Origin: Angustibacter luteus
GTDB taxonomy: Bacteria > Actinomycetota > Actinomycetes > Actinomycetales > Angustibacteraceae
Length of the DNA stretch: 64,000 nucleotides
Direction of reading: 5' to 3'
Assembly: GCF_039541115.1 (NCBI RefSeq)
Contig: NZ_BAABFP010000005.1
Coordinates: 62,001-126,000 of the forward strand
The notes beneath the pieces are model-generated. The model was not told the origin of the DNA, ran no database searches, and saw nothing but the letters and a program-made list of their open reading frames with translations. Shown here piece after piece: positions 36,410 to 44,787 of this stretch. A program made the translations under genes and the position numbers. Position 1 is the first letter of the stretch; each line of letters begins with the position of its first letter.

Positions 36410-37009
36410 ATGCACGACTTCGGCAACGCGAAGGTGTCGCGTGGTCGCCGGATTCTGGTGCTGAGCAGTGACGAGTTCGGCGCGGACGTCGCCGGTCGAC
36501 TCACCGGGTTGGGGTCCGTCGTGGTGCACGACGTCAGCGCCGACACGCACCCGAGCTCGTGGCCGTCGGCCGACCTGATCGTGTTGGCCGGGCGGGACCG
36601 GCCGTGCGTGGCCGATGCGGTCGACGAGACCTCGTTCCAGCGTGGCCTTCCCTGGTTCCCGGTCAGCGTGCACGGCAGCGAGATCCAGGTGGGTCCCGTG
36701 GTCCGCCCGGGGCACAGTGCCTGCCACGGGTGCCTGACCCGTGGTCCCGAACCGCGCAGGGCGGCACTGCCGGCGGACGAGTACGCCCAGGACCACGTCG
36801 GGATCGCGGTGGGCATGGCCTACACGGCCGCCCGCGAGGCCTTCGGCGAGCTGGGTGCGACCGACGTCGGCGGCACGGTGCGAGTGTTCAGCCGGGCCGG
36901 TGGCGCGCACCGTCGGGCCGGCGCGGTCACGGCCGCGTCCGCGGACGACGACTGCCGCCGGTGTGGTGGGACGGCCGCCCCGCAGCCGGTGGGGACCGCC
37001 GTCAGCTGA
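36410..37009 (+). CDS. ThiF/E1-like TOMM docking-scaffold-type protein (orphan)
   Basis: LPWFPV..VGPVVRPGHSACHGC and a C-terminal CRRC; start ATG 36410 after RBS GAGGTGG. Confidence 0.7.
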   Translation: MHDFGNAKVSRGRRILVLSSDEFGADVAGRLTGLGSVVVHDVSADTHPSSWPSADLIVLAGRDRPCVADAVDETSFQRGLPWFPVSVHGSEIQVGPVVRPGHSACHGCLTRGPEPRRAALPADEYAQDHVGIAVGMAYTAAREAFGELGATDVGGTVRVFSRAGGAHRRAGAVTAASADDDCRRCGGTAAPQPVGTAVS

Positions 37010-37529
37010 CCTCGATGGGCTGCCCGCCGGTGATCCGGACCAGCTCCTCGTAGGACGTCGGGAACACGGTGTGCGGGTGACCCGCGGCGGCCCACACGAC
37101 GTCGTAGCGGGACAGCGCGATGTCCACGAAGGTGCGGACCGACGTGGGGTGCCCGACGGGTGCGACGCCGCCGATGGCGAAACCCGTTGCCGCACGGACG
37201 ATCTCGGGGGTCGCCCGCTGCAGGTCCGCCAGCCCGAGCAGGTCGGCGACCTTGTGCGTGTCGACCCGGTGCGCACCCGAGGTCATGATGAGCAGCGGCT
37301 CGCCGGGGTCGCCGAGCTGGTGACGTCCCTGGTCGGGGTCGGCCACCGCGGGGACGCTCACGAAGACGAGAGAGTTCGCGATCTGCCCGACCTCGATCCC
37401 GAGCGCGTCAGCCGCGGCCTGCGCCGTGCGAGCGGCGTCGTCCAGCACCCGGATCTCGCCCTGGACGCCGAGCCCGACCAGCGTCTGCGCGACGCGTTGC
37501 ACGGCCGCGTGCTGGCTGACGTCCGTCAT
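37002..37529 (-). CDS. YbaK/EbsC family aminoacyl-tRNA deacylase-like protein
   Basis: RTAQAAADALG..QIANSLVF, TGFAIGGVAPVGH, VWAAAG. Confidence 0.9.
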   Translation of the reverse strand: MTDVSQHAAVQRVAQTLVGLGVQGEIRVLDDAARTAQAAADALGIEVGQIANSLVFVSVPAVADPDQGRHQLGDPGEPLLIMTSGAHRVDTHKVADLLGLADLQRATPEIVRAATGFAIGGVAPVGHPTSVRTFVDIALSRYDVVWAAAGHPHTVFPTSYEELVRITGGQPIEVS

Positions 37530-37589
37530 GCAGGCAGGGTAGTGCTGTCGTGATCACCGGTGCCGCAGGTCGGGCTCAGGTGGCGCGTT

Positions 37590-38450
37590 TCACCAGAAGC
37601 GGGGCTGCCCGGGGATCGTCTCGAGGTCGGCCAGCACGAGCGCTCGGTCCTCGGGGTCCGTGACGTCCTCGGCGCAGGCCAGCGCCTGCTCGGTGGCCGC
37701 CCGGGCAGCCTCCTCGTCACCGCAGACGGCGTGCGCCCGGGCCAGCGCCTCGTAGGCGAAGGCCAGGTCCCAGTCGCCGATCTCGTTCTCCTGGCACAGG
37801 TCCAGGACGCGCTGGGCGTGGTGCAGGCTCGGCTCGCCACGTCGCTGCAGGGCGTAGACCCGCGAGCACAGCCACTCGCCGCGGGCCAGGTTGACCGCGT
37901 TGCCGGCGAGCTCCCAGTGGTAGCGGGAGGCGTGTGCCATGTGCAGCATGCGGTCGTCGTCCGCGCGGGTGCGGGCGTCATCCTCCATGAGCCGCCAGGT
38001 GCCGTTGAACAGGTCGACGGCGAGCCGGCGGTGCAGCTCGCCGTCCGGGGCGGGTCCGCTGGTCGGGGAGGCCGGTCCGGCCGGGACCGCGGGTGTGCTC
38101 ACGGGTGTCTCCTTCAGGTGGTGGTCGATGGTGTGCAGGTCGCCGCGCAGGCGGATCGAGCGCGCCTCGACCCGTCGGCGGTGCCGGGCCAAGGCCGTGG
38201 CCACGGCGTCGGGGTCGGTGCTCGCCAGGCACTCGCGCACCTCGCCCAGCGGGACGTCGACCGAGCGCAGCAGGTGCACCAGCTGGGCGTCGGCGAGCTG
38301 CGCCCGGGTGTAGTAGCGGTAGCCGGTCTGCGGGTCGACGAACGCCGGTGCCAGCAGGTCGACGCGGTGGTAGTGCCGCAGCGCCTTGGTGGTCAGCCCG
38401 GTCCGCCGGGCCAGCTCACCGATCGGCAGTAGGCCGTCGTGCTGGGTCAT
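37590..38450 (-). CDS. MerR-family regulator with helical-repeat C-terminal domain
   Basis: IGELARRTGLTTKALRHYHRVDLL.P..DPQTGYRYY; C-terminal FNGTW..HASRYHW..EALARA. Confidence 0.88.
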   Translation of the reverse strand: MTQHDGLLPIGELARRTGLTTKALRHYHRVDLLAPAFVDPQTGYRYYTRAQLADAQLVHLLRSVDVPLGEVRECLASTDPDAVATALARHRRRVEARSIRLRGDLHTIDHHLKETPVSTPAVPAGPASPTSGPAPDGELHRRLAVDLFNGTWRLMEDDARTRADDDRMLHMAHASRYHWELAGNAVNLARGEWLCSRVYALQRRGEPSLHHAQRVLDLCQENEIGDWDLAFAYEALARAHAVCGDEEAARAATEQALACAEDVTDPEDRALVLADLETIPGQPRFW

Positions 38451-38456
38451 GTCGGC

Positions 38457-38487
38457 AGGCTAGAGGTCTGCCCCGGGGCAGTCTCAA
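38457..38487 (-). promoter_or_regulatory. MerR-type promoter with 19-bp spacer and operator palindrome
   Basis: On the minus strand TTGAGA-19 nt-TAGCCT-6 nt-ATG; the spacer holds the perfect palindrome CTGCCCCGGGGCAG (38468-38481). Confidence 0.8.
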
Positions 38488-38567
38488 GATCGCACCTGGC
38501 AGTCCTGCGCCCGTTCGGGCGAAGGTGTTGACGGGCTGTCCGAGGCCGGGTGTAGTGTCGTTCTTGT

Positions 38568-38583
38568 TCGAACACCTGTTCGA
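38568..38583 (+). promoter_or_regulatory. LexA (SOS) box upstream of the dnaE2-dinB cassette
   Basis: Perfect TCGAAC-ACCT-GTTCGA, just downstream of TTGACG (38528) and TAGTGT (38553). Confidence 0.92.
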
Positions 38584-38799
38584 ATCCTCCCCAGGGCCAG
38601 CTCCCCGTCGGCTCGGGAGGAGGGTCCGTCTTCCGGCCGCTTCGACCCCGGCCTTCCGACGGACCCGGACCTGCCTGACCCGGGTGGCGGTGGGGAAGCC
38701 GCCGCCCGGGTCCGGGCCAGTCCTGCCCTGCCCCGTCTTCCCCCTACGGCAGCGCGACCCGGATCAGGGACGTCCAGACGTGGTGTGGAGGTGGGTGCG

Positions 38800-39237
38800 G
38801 TGCGGCGGTACGACGAGCAGATCGAGGTGCGGACGGCGAGCCCGGCCGAGGGTGGGCCTGGCATCGGCCCCGGCCGGCCGGCACCGCCGGTGGCATTCGT
38901 GTGGCGGGACCGGCTGTACGTCGTGCGAGGGGTCCTCGCGCACTGGTACGAGCGTCGGGTGTGGTGGCGCGAGGCTGCGGCCTCGGCGTTGCTGGGCCTG
39001 CGCTCGGAGGCAGCCGGGGGAGCGCGAGGTGAGGGGGTCTTCGGCGGCGGCATCGCGCAGGGGGCGGTGGCGACCGTGCCCACAGACCCCGACGAGCGCC
39101 TCGAACCCACCGAGCGGCAGGTCTGGCGGGTCGAGGCGGCGGCCGGCCGGTCGAGCCCGGTCGGCGTCTACGACCTCGTGCACGACCCGTCGTCCGAGCC
39201 GAGCACCGGCTGGCGACTGGCCGGCATCGACGACTGA
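38800..39237 (+). CDS. DUF6504 family protein (ImuB C-terminal-like)
   Basis: P.AFVWRDRLYVV..VLAHW..WW..VWRVEA..GVYDL..WRL; GTG 38800 after GGAGG. Confidence 0.75.
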   Translation: MRRYDEQIEVRTASPAEGGPGIGPGRPAPPVAFVWRDRLYVVRGVLAHWYERRVWWREAAASALLGLRSEAAGGARGEGVFGGGIAQGAVATVPTDPDERLEPTERQVWRVEAAAGRSSPVGVYDLVHDPSSEPSTGWRLAGIDD

Positions 39238-39250
39238 GCGATCCAGCTGA

Positions 39251-39286
39251 CCAGCCGACCATCCAGCCGACCATCCAGCCGACCAT
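39251..39286. repeat. 12-bp tandem repeat CCAGCCGACCAT, 3 copies
   Basis: Exact copies at 39251, 39263 and 39275. Confidence 0.85.
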
Positions 39287-39312
39287 CCACCGACCCCGAC
39301 GAGGAGGTTCTC

Positions 39313-39774
39313 GTGACGACATCAGGCCCCCCACGGGTGCCAGCCAGCAGCCTCGACCTGGTCGAACGGGCCCGCGACAGCCTGGTCGCCGCGCTCACCG
39401 CGACCTCGGCCGGCGAGCGGTACGTCGCGGCGCACCTGGGTGCGCTGCGGGCGGCGGCGGCCGTGCTGTCGGTGCGGGGTCGCCCGCACCGCTACGGCCG
39501 CCCGCGCAGCGTGTGGGAGGTGCTGCCCACGGTGGCGCCCGAGCTGGGGGAGTGGGCCGCCTTCTTCGAGGCCGGGGCGACCCGCCGCGCGGCGGTCGAG
39601 GCGGGCCGCGAGGACGCCGTGAGCGGTCGGGAGGCCGACGACCTGGTGCGCGACGGTGAGGCGTTCCTTGCCGTGGTGGAGGACGCGCTCGGCCTGCCCC
39701 GGCACGCGGTCCTGCCATCCGGTGCCGTGTCGATCCGCAGCGGCTCCGCCCTGCCGCTGTCGCTGCCGGGATGA
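39313..39774 (+). CDS. SAV_6107-family HEPN domain protein
   Basis: RYVAAHLGALRAAAAVL, SVWEVL..VAPELGEWAAFF, READDLVRD. Confidence 0.82.
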   Translation: MTTSGPPRVPASSLDLVERARDSLVAALTATSAGERYVAAHLGALRAAAAVLSVRGRPHRYGRPRSVWEVLPTVAPELGEWAAFFEAGATRRAAVEAGREDAVSGREADDLVRDGEAFLAVVEDALGLPRHAVLPSGAVSIRSGSALPLSLPG

Positions 39775-42700
39775 GCAGCGACTTCGTCCACCTGCACGTG
39801 GCGTCGGGGTACTCGCTGCGGCACGGGGCCTGCTCGCCGCAGGCGCTGGTGGACCATGCGGTCGAGCTGGGGATGGGTGGGCTCGCCCTGACCGACCGCG
39901 ACGGCCTGTACGGCGCGGTCAAGTTCGTCCAGGCCTGCGAGCGCGCCGGGATCGCACCCTCGCTGGGGGTGGACCTCGCGACGGCACCCACCGGCTTGGT
40001 CGACGAGCTGCCCGGGTGGGCCGACCCGTCGACGACCGTGCGGGCCGCCGGTGCCGGGCGCACCCCCGTCCGCGGCGGTGCGCTGGTGGACGTCTACCGG
40101 CCCCGGGTCACCGTCCTCGCCCTGGGCGCCGACGACCGGCAGGCCCGACCGGCCGGGCAGGGCTGGGCGGCGCTGTGCCGGCTCACGTCGTCCGCCCACC
40201 TGGCCAGCGCCTCGCTGGGCGGTGAACGCGGGACGCCGGTCAGCGACCTGGCGATGATCGCCCGGCACATCACCGGTTCCACCAGCGCCGACGACGGTCC
40301 CGCGGCGCTCGCGGTGCTGCTCGGTCCGGCCAGCGAGGTCGGCCGCGCGGTGCTGGCCCGGCGACCGGACCTGGCCCGTGCCGTCCTGTCCCGGTGGCGC
40401 GCGGCGCTGCCCGAGGGCGCGCTCGCGATCGAGGTGGTCTGCCACCACGGGCCGCCGGGTGGTCCGCTCAGCGTCCAGCACGCCGCCCGGATGCTGGCCC
40501 TGGCCCGCGAGGTCGGCCTGCCCGCCGTCCTGACCAACGCCGTGCGCTACGCCACGCCGGACGGTGCCGCCACCGCCGACGTCCTGGACGCCACCCGGCG
40601 GTTGGTCACGCTCGACGTCCGGCACCTGGACCGCGTGACGGCCCAGGGGTACCTGGCGGACGGTGCCACCATGGCGCGCACCGCCGAGCAGGTCGCCGCG
40701 GCGCTCGGCGGCGGCAGCCACCAGGCCGGTGAGCAGGCGCACCGGCTGCTGGCGGACACGGCCGCCCTGGCCCGCCGCACCCGGCTGGACCCGCGGGCCG
40801 ACCTCGGCATCGGCTCGGTGCACCTGCCCGAGCCGGCGGTGCTCGGGCTGACCGCCGACCAGCGGCCAGCGACGGTGCTGCGTGAGCGGGTGCGGGCCGC
40901 GATCGGCGGCCGGTACGCGGGGGTCTCGGGTCACCAGCTGGCGCAGGTCGAGCAGCGGCTCGACGACGAGCTCTCGGTCATCGACCAGCTCGGCTACCAG
41001 AGCTACTTCCTCACCGTGGCCGCGGTGTGCGACCTGATCCGCGACATGAACGTGCGGGTGGCCGCTCGCGGCTCGGGGGCGGGCAGCCTGGTGAACTACC
41101 TGCTCGGCATCAGCGGCGTCGACCCGATCGAGCACGGCCTGCTGATGGAGCGCTTCTGCTCGCCGCTGCGCGCCCAGCTGCCGGACATCGACATCGACGT
41201 CGAGTCGGACCGGCGCACCCAGGTGTACGAGCAGATCCTGGCGCGGTTCGGCGGTGAGCGGGTCACCTGCGTGTCGATGATGGACACCTACCGGGTGCGG
41301 CACGCCGTCCGCGACGTCGGTGCCGCGCTCGGCCTGCCGCCAGCCGAGGTCGACGCCATCGCCAAGTCCTTCCCGCACATCCGGGCGCGCAACGCCCGCA
41401 CCGCGATCGCCGAGCTGCCCGAGCTGCGGGCCAGCGGTCTGGGGCACCAGCGGCTCGACCTGCTCTTCGAGCACGTGGAGCGGCTCGACGCGCTGCCCCG
41501 GCACATCGCGCTGCACCCGTGCGGGGTCGTGCTGTCCGACGGCACCCTGCTGGACCGCACGCCGGTCGAGGCGAGCTGGCTGGGCTTCCCGATGAGCCAG
41601 TTCGACAAGGACGACGTCGAGGCGATGGGCCTGCTGAAGCTCGACGTGCTGGGCATCCGGATGCAGTCGGCGATGGCGCACGCGGTCGACGAGGTCGCCC
41701 GGGTGGACGGCGAGCAGGTCGACCTCGACGACCGTACGCACGTGCCGCTGGACGACGAGGCGACCTTCCGACTGATCCGCTCGACGCACACCCTCGGCTG
41801 CTTCCAGATCGAGTCGCCCGGCCAGCGCGAGCTCGTCGGCAAGTTCGGCCCAGAGACGTTCGGCGACCTCGTCATCGACATCTCGTTGTTCCGGCCCGGC
41901 CCGGTGAAGTCCGACATGGTGACGCCGTTCCTGCAGGCCCGGCAGGGCTGGCGGGACGCCCAGTACCTGCACCCGTCCCTGCGTCCGGCGCTGGAGGACA
42001 CCTGCGGCGTCGTCGTCTTCCACGAGCAGGTGCTGCAGATCGTGGCGGTCACCACCGGGGTCAGCCTCGCCGAGGCGGACGAGGTGCGCCGCGCGATGGG
42101 CTCCCCGGCCGGCCAGCTGGAGGTCGAGGCGTGGTGGCGTCCGGCGGCCCGTGCCCGCGGGTACGCCACTACCGACGTCGAGCGGATCTGGTTGGTGCTC
42201 AAGGCGTTCGCGTCCTTCGGCTTCTGCAAGGCGCACGCCGCCGCCTTCGCGCTGCCCACCTACCAGTCCGCCTGGCTCAAGGCGCACCACCCGGCCGCGT
42301 TCCTGGCCGGGGTGCTCACCCACGACCCCGGCATGTACCCCAAGCGGCTGATCCTGGACGACGCGCGCAGCCTCGGCATCGCCGTCCTCAGCCTGGACGT
42401 CAACGCCAGCGACGGCACCTACCGGGTGGAGCGGCTCGCGCCCTGGGACGAACCGCCGCCGGCCATCCTGGACCAGCTGGACGCCGGCCCGGACCGCCCG
42501 GACGACGGGCCGCGCCCTCGCCCGCACCCCGACCTGCCGGACGGGCGGGACTACGGCATCCGGCTCTCGTTGGCAGACGTCAAGGGGATCAACGCCGCGG
42601 AGGTCGAACGGATCGTCGCCGGGCGCCCGTACGCCTCGCTCGCCGACTTCTGGCACCGGGCCCGGGTCAGCCGTCCGGTGGTGGAGCGGCTCGTCGTCGC

Positions 42701-43808
42701 AGGTGCCTTCGACAGCCTGTACGGGTTGGGTGGGCTGGCCGCACGGCTGCCGGTGCGCCGCCGCGGGCAGGTGACCCGCCGCGACCTGATGCTCCAGGTG
42801 GTCGAGCTCGACCGCTGGACGCGCGCCACCACCCGCGGCACCGGCCAGGGGCGACAACGAGCCGCCGCCAGGGTCGCCCAGGGCGCCCGCGGCCCGCAGA
42901 GCCCGGACGACGTGCGTGCCCTCGCCAAGGCCCAGTCGCAGGCCGCGGCCGTGGCCGTCCCCGCCGCCGAGCAGCCCGTGCAGCTCGCGCTCGACCTGGG
43001 CGACGCCCCGGACACCACCCGGCTCACCGGCCTGCCCGAGATGACCATGACCGAGCGCGTGCACGCCGAGCTCGAGGTGCTCGGCCTGGACGCCAGCGCG
43101 CACGTCGTCGAGGCCTACGCGCCGATGCTCGACGCGCTCGGCGTCACCCGCAGCAAGGACCTGCTGGGCCAGCGCAGCCGGGCCGAGCTGCTGGTCGCCG
43201 GCGTGAAGGTGGCCACCCAGACACCACCGATCCGCTCCGGGCGGCGCGTCGTCTTCCTCACCCTGGACGACTCGACCGGCCCGGTCGACGCCACGTTCTT
43301 CGAGGACGTCCAGGGTCCTTACGCCGCAACGGTCTTCCACTCCTGGCTGCTGGTCGTGCGCGGCGTGCTGCGCCGCACGGGGCCGCGGGGGGTCTCGCTG
43401 CGGGCGACCGGTGCCTGGCAGCTCCCACCGCTCTGGGAGGCGTGGACCGCCGGCGGCCTGCCCGCGGTGCACGCCGCGCTGGACGCCGCCGACGTCCTCG
43501 CGCACGCCCAGGTGGCGCCGGACGACGAGGCGCTGGCGGCCGGGGAGCTCGTCCTGGAGTACACGGCCGAGGCGACCGCCGGCGCGGCGGCCAGCCGTTC
43601 CACCCGCCCGGTCGTCGCGCCGCCCCAGCCGGAGGAGACGGCGGCCCGGGCCGGCGGCATGGGCGGCGGTTCGCGGACCCGCCGGGTGCTGGTGCACGCC
43701 AGCGGCTTCAAGCAGTCGCCGTACGCGGACGTCAAGCCGCCGGGCGAGGACGTCAAGTCCGCCCCGCGCAAGCTGTGGCACTCCAGTCCGGGCAGCTCCG
43801 GCCGGTGA
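39771..43808 (+). CDS. dnaE2: Error-prone DNA polymerase III alpha subunit DnaE2
   Basis: PHP HLHVASGYS/ALTDRDG, RGSGAGS, PDIDID, KLDVLG, FGFCKAHA, OB fold; LexA-controlled. Confidence 0.93.
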   Translation: MSSDFVHLHVASGYSLRHGACSPQALVDHAVELGMGGLALTDRDGLYGAVKFVQACERAGIAPSLGVDLATAPTGLVDELPGWADPSTTVRAAGAGRTPVRGGALVDVYRPRVTVLALGADDRQARPAGQGWAALCRLTSSAHLASASLGGERGTPVSDLAMIARHITGSTSADDGPAALAVLLGPASEVGRAVLARRPDLARAVLSRWRAALPEGALAIEVVCHHGPPGGPLSVQHAARMLALAREVGLPAVLTNAVRYATPDGAATADVLDATRRLVTLDVRHLDRVTAQGYLADGATMARTAEQVAAALGGGSHQAGEQAHRLLADTAALARRTRLDPRADLGIGSVHLPEPAVLGLTADQRPATVLRERVRAAIGGRYAGVSGHQLAQVEQRLDDELSVIDQLGYQSYFLTVAAVCDLIRDMNVRVAARGSGAGSLVNYLLGISGVDPIEHGLLMERFCSPLRAQLPDIDIDVESDRRTQVYEQILARFGGERVTCVSMMDTYRVRHAVRDVGAALGLPPAEVDAIAKSFPHIRARNARTAIAELPELRASGLGHQRLDLLFEHVERLDALPRHIALHPCGVVLSDGTLLDRTPVEASWLGFPMSQFDKDDVEAMGLLKLDVLGIRMQSAMAHAVDEVARVDGEQVDLDDRTHVPLDDEATFRLIRSTHTLGCFQIESPGQRELVGKFGPETFGDLVIDISLFRPGPVKSDMVTPFLQARQGWRDAQYLHPSLRPALEDTCGVVVFHEQVLQIVAVTTGVSLAEADEVRRAMGSPAGQLEVEAWWRPAARARGYATTDVERIWLVLKAFASFGFCKAHAAAFALPTYQSAWLKAHHPAAFLAGVLTHDPGMYPKRLILDDARSLGIAVLSLDVNASDGTYRVERLAPWDEPPPAILDQLDAGPDRPDDGPRPRPHPDLPDGRDYGIRLSLADVKGINAAEVERIVAGRPYASLADFWHRARVSRPVVERLVVAGAFDSLYGLGGLAARLPVRRRGQVTRRDLMLQVVELDRWTRATTRGTGQGRQRAAARVAQGARGPQSPDDVRALAKAQSQAAAVAVPAAEQPVQLALDLGDAPDTTRLTGLPEMTMTERVHAELEVLGLDASAHVVEAYAPMLDALGVTRSKDLLGQRSRAELLVAGVKVATQTPPIRSGRRVVFLTLDDSTGPVDATFFEDVQGPYAATVFHSWLLVVRGVLRRTGPRGVSLRATGAWQLPPLWEAWTAGGLPAVHAALDAADVLAHAQVAPDDEALAAGELVLEYTAEATAGAAASRSTRPVVAPPQPEETAARAGGMGGGSRTRRVLVHASGFKQSPYADVKPPGEDVKSAPRKLWHSSPGSSGR

Positions 43809-43911
43809 CCGTCGCGCCGTCAGCGGCCCTCACTAGGCTGGGCGGTGGCCGCGAGCACCGTGGCCCCCGCGAGCCCAGCGCCCGGGTACGACGACCTCGA
43901 GGAGCCCACCG

Positions 43912-44724
43912 GTGGCCGCACCGTCCGACGCGCCCCGCCGTGCCCGCCGGGGCGACGTGGCCAGCGCCCCTCGCACCGCCGCGGTCTGGGAGGTGGTGTC
44001 TCGCACCGCAGCTGCCCTGCAGCGCGCGCAGCCGGATGCCGACGCCCCGCTCACCGTGCTCGACGTCGGTGGCGGCACCGGCGGCCTCGCCGTCCCGCTC
44101 GCCTCGCTCGGCCACCACGTCACCGTCGTCGACCCGAGCCCGGACGCGCTCGCTGCGCTGGCCCGCCGCGCCGAGGAGGCCGGTGTCGTCGGCCGGATCA
44201 CCGCCGTCCAGGCGGACGCCGCGCAGCTCGCCCAGGTGGTCGGGCCAGGCAGCGTCGACCTGGTCTGCTGCCACGGCGTGCTGGAGTACGTCGACGAGCC
44301 CGCCGAGGCCGTCGGGGCCGTCGCCGACGTGCTGCGTGACGGTGGCGCAGCCAGCCTCCTGGTCGCCCAGCGCCTTGCCGTCGTCCTCGCCCGTGCCCTG
44401 GCCGGCCGGTTCGCCGAGGCCGTGCACGCGCTGGACGACCCGGCCGGGCGGTGGGGGATGGCCGACCCCTTGCCGCGTCGCTTCGACGCGACCGACGTCA
44501 TCGCCCTCGCCGAGGCGGCCGGCCTGTCCACCAGCAGCGACCTGGCGGTCGTGCACGGGGTGCGCCTGTTCAGCGACCTCGTGCCCGAGGCACTCGTCGA
44601 CAGCGAGGACGCCCGCACGGCCCTGCTCGACCTGGAGCGCCAGGCCGGCGACCACCCGGACCACCCAGAGCTCGCCTCGCTGGCTGCCCAGCTGCACGTC
44701 GTGGCGGTTCGCGAGCCACGGTGA
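43912..44724 (+). CDS. SAM-dependent methyltransferase
   Basis: VLDVGGGTG, VDLVCCHGVLEYV; RBS GAGGAG. Confidence 0.88.
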   Translation: MAAPSDAPRRARRGDVASAPRTAAVWEVVSRTAAALQRAQPDADAPLTVLDVGGGTGGLAVPLASLGHHVTVVDPSPDALAALARRAEEAGVVGRITAVQADAAQLAQVVGPGSVDLVCCHGVLEYVDEPAEAVGAVADVLRDGGAASLLVAQRLAVVLARALAGRFAEAVHALDDPAGRWGMADPLPRRFDATDVIALAEAAGLSTSSDLAVVHGVRLFSDLVPEALVDSEDARTALLDLERQAGDHPDHPELASLAAQLHVVAVREPR

Positions 44725-44785
44725 TCGAGACCGTGATCGAGACGGTGACGACACCGGTGACGACACCGGTGATGACAGGGTGACG
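44721..44785. repeat. Degenerate 12-bp tandem repeat (GTGA-based), about 5 copies
   Basis: gtgatcgagacc gtgatcgagacg gtgacgacaccg gtgacgacaccg gtgatgacaggg. Confidence 0.75.
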
Positions 44786-44787
44786 GC

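Noticed and set aside
33175..37009. Complete TOMM/RiPP biosynthetic cluster
   Set aside because: No YcaO, dehydrogenase, protease, transporter or short leader-core precursor; the Cys- and Thr-rich proteins are too long and look folded.
39313..39774. HEPN toxin of a toxin-antitoxin or defence system
   Set aside because: No adjacent MNT antitoxin and no canonical C-terminal RxxxxH RNase motif; context is the SOS polymerase cassette.
39492..43781. 1429-aa minus-strand ORF and similar long antisense ORFs (46138..49113, 53534..56395, 19863..22301, 12492..14777)
   Set aside because: Stop-poor shadow frames opposite well-supported genes, typical of very high-GC DNA; no recognisable motifs.
43845..44339. 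164-aa ORF starting just after the TAGGCT -10
   Set aside because: Overlaps the methyltransferase out of frame and becomes Arg/Pro-rich junk; the methyltransferase has its own RBS at 43912.
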